Assembly: GCA_030704615.1 (NCBI GenBank)
Contig: CM060732.1
Location: forward strand, 41,540,001 to 41,604,000
Origin: Takakia lepidozioides
Taxonomy: Eukaryota; Plantae; Bryophyta
Direction of reading: 5' to 3'
Length of the DNA: 64,000 nucleotides
The notes beneath the pieces are model-generated. The model made no database searches and had not been told where the DNA came from. It saw only the letters and a program-made list of their open reading frames with translations. Shown one piece after another: positions 62,901-64,000 of the stretch. The position numbers and the translations under genes are program-made. How positions within the stretch are numbered: position 1 is the stretch's first letter; every line of letters begins with the position of its first letter.

Positions 62901-64000
62901 TGACATCAGATAGGTATCCTGGTAAATTAGCAAGAGATATTTGTCAGCAAGGGTTACTTTCTGACTCTGCTTTATGAGGAAAGGTGGTATCATTGAAAGT
63001 GTGAAGACTGTAATAGGGATGATGGCGGTGGATTACACAGAGGGAAAAGCTGGAGCGAATGAAGGAGTTTGGGCGCCTTGTTCGAGATTGCAATAATTCA
63101 CAGGTCCTTGCCTAAGTGTCACACTGGATTGACACTTGTGATAGCACATGTTATCTAACAGTGGAGAAATTTGGATACAAGTTGTCAAAAGGAAGTGCTG
63201 CTGAAAACTGATTCTGCTGAGATTAGCAAGATCCTTCTCTGAACTTCTCAGTGAATGCCAGAACCAGCTTTCTTTTCAGAAGTAATTCCCACCACTGATG
63301 TTAGTTGTCCCTATTCTGCTCTCCTCCCCATTGTTCCCCCTCTTTCTCTCTGCCATGCACAGGGTCCATGGCCTCAAGGGTGAATGCGCCCACTGGCGCA
63401 CACATTGACAGACTGGCAAGGTGAATTGTACTAGGAAGTATAATGATGACTTGTTTGAATCTGGGGTGGCTAGGTTTTTGTTAGCAGAAAGCCAAAGGAG
63501 ATGGCTGTTTCAAAGCGTACGAAGGTAATTGTCCCATACACCCAGTTGGTGACCTTGGTAAATGGAGAATACTGGACTGTCTATGGTCCTGTCTGGCTGT
63601 ACTTAAAAAACTAGGCAAGTGCTTACAGTCAATTGAGAAACACCTTTGCTCGGGGCAGGTTGTGATTTCTCTTGTTGTCTAATGCCTTCTGGGTTTCTGT
63701 TGATCCTGCTTACAAAGTCTTCTTGAGAGTCCTCCTCTTCCCAGCCCCAAAGGGTGGTGTGGATAAAAGATGATTCTCGAGTTTGCTTCGGGGCTAGCAG
63801 TTATTGGCAGCTTGTGACTTCTGTAGCATGTCTAGCCTGATCCGCCAATCAATGCTCTTCGCTGGACATTTGCCTTGTGCAAGGCTGGGCTTTGATTTTT
63901 CTAGTCATCTGAGCTGGATTGCTGCTACTCAATGGTGGTTGAAGGTTGGCACTGGCACAATTGTGTGGCTGTCCATATTGGCAGGTCGATTGGCTTCACA

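Overview
Repeat-rich nuclear DNA from a seedless land plant (bryophyte, lycophyte or fern grade, inferred from gene and TE content), with a 500-N gap at 11813-12312. Two host-type genes look intact: a 3-exon LRR-Xb receptor kinase with a NILR1-type island domain (47273-51442 +), and a small secreted 10-Cys protein resembling fungal Ecp2/KP4-like effectors (23861-24732 +). A decayed PLS-PPR-DYW editing-factor gene lies next to OSB-type 'PDF' ssDNA-binding motifs (830-4110; partial second copy at 27250-28780). Most of the rest is nested TEs. The main candidate for an undescribed system is a ~13-kb segment bounded by 827-bp inverted repeats (4320-5146 and 16555-17381). It carries a 9-exon minus-strand gene (10812-5345) encoding a ParB/Srx-like domain (DGNHR) fused to a prokaryote-type beta-class N4C/N6A DNA methyltransferase. 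Two introns of this gene hold about 10 copies of a conserved 24-bp palindrome (GTGAATGKCGT-CA-ACGMCATTCAC), suggestive of parS-like self-binding sites. The segment abuts a Ty3/Gypsy element encoding a DNMT3-like C5 methyltransferase and a PHD finger, so two unrelated TE-borne methyltransferases sit side by side. A ~4.7-kb inversion (~29990-34730) can be reconstructed because it splits both a LINE and a dUTPase-bearing Gypsy element. Region 52000-64000 is degenerate and could not be annotated confidently. All family calls come from motif recognition by eye; no searches were run.
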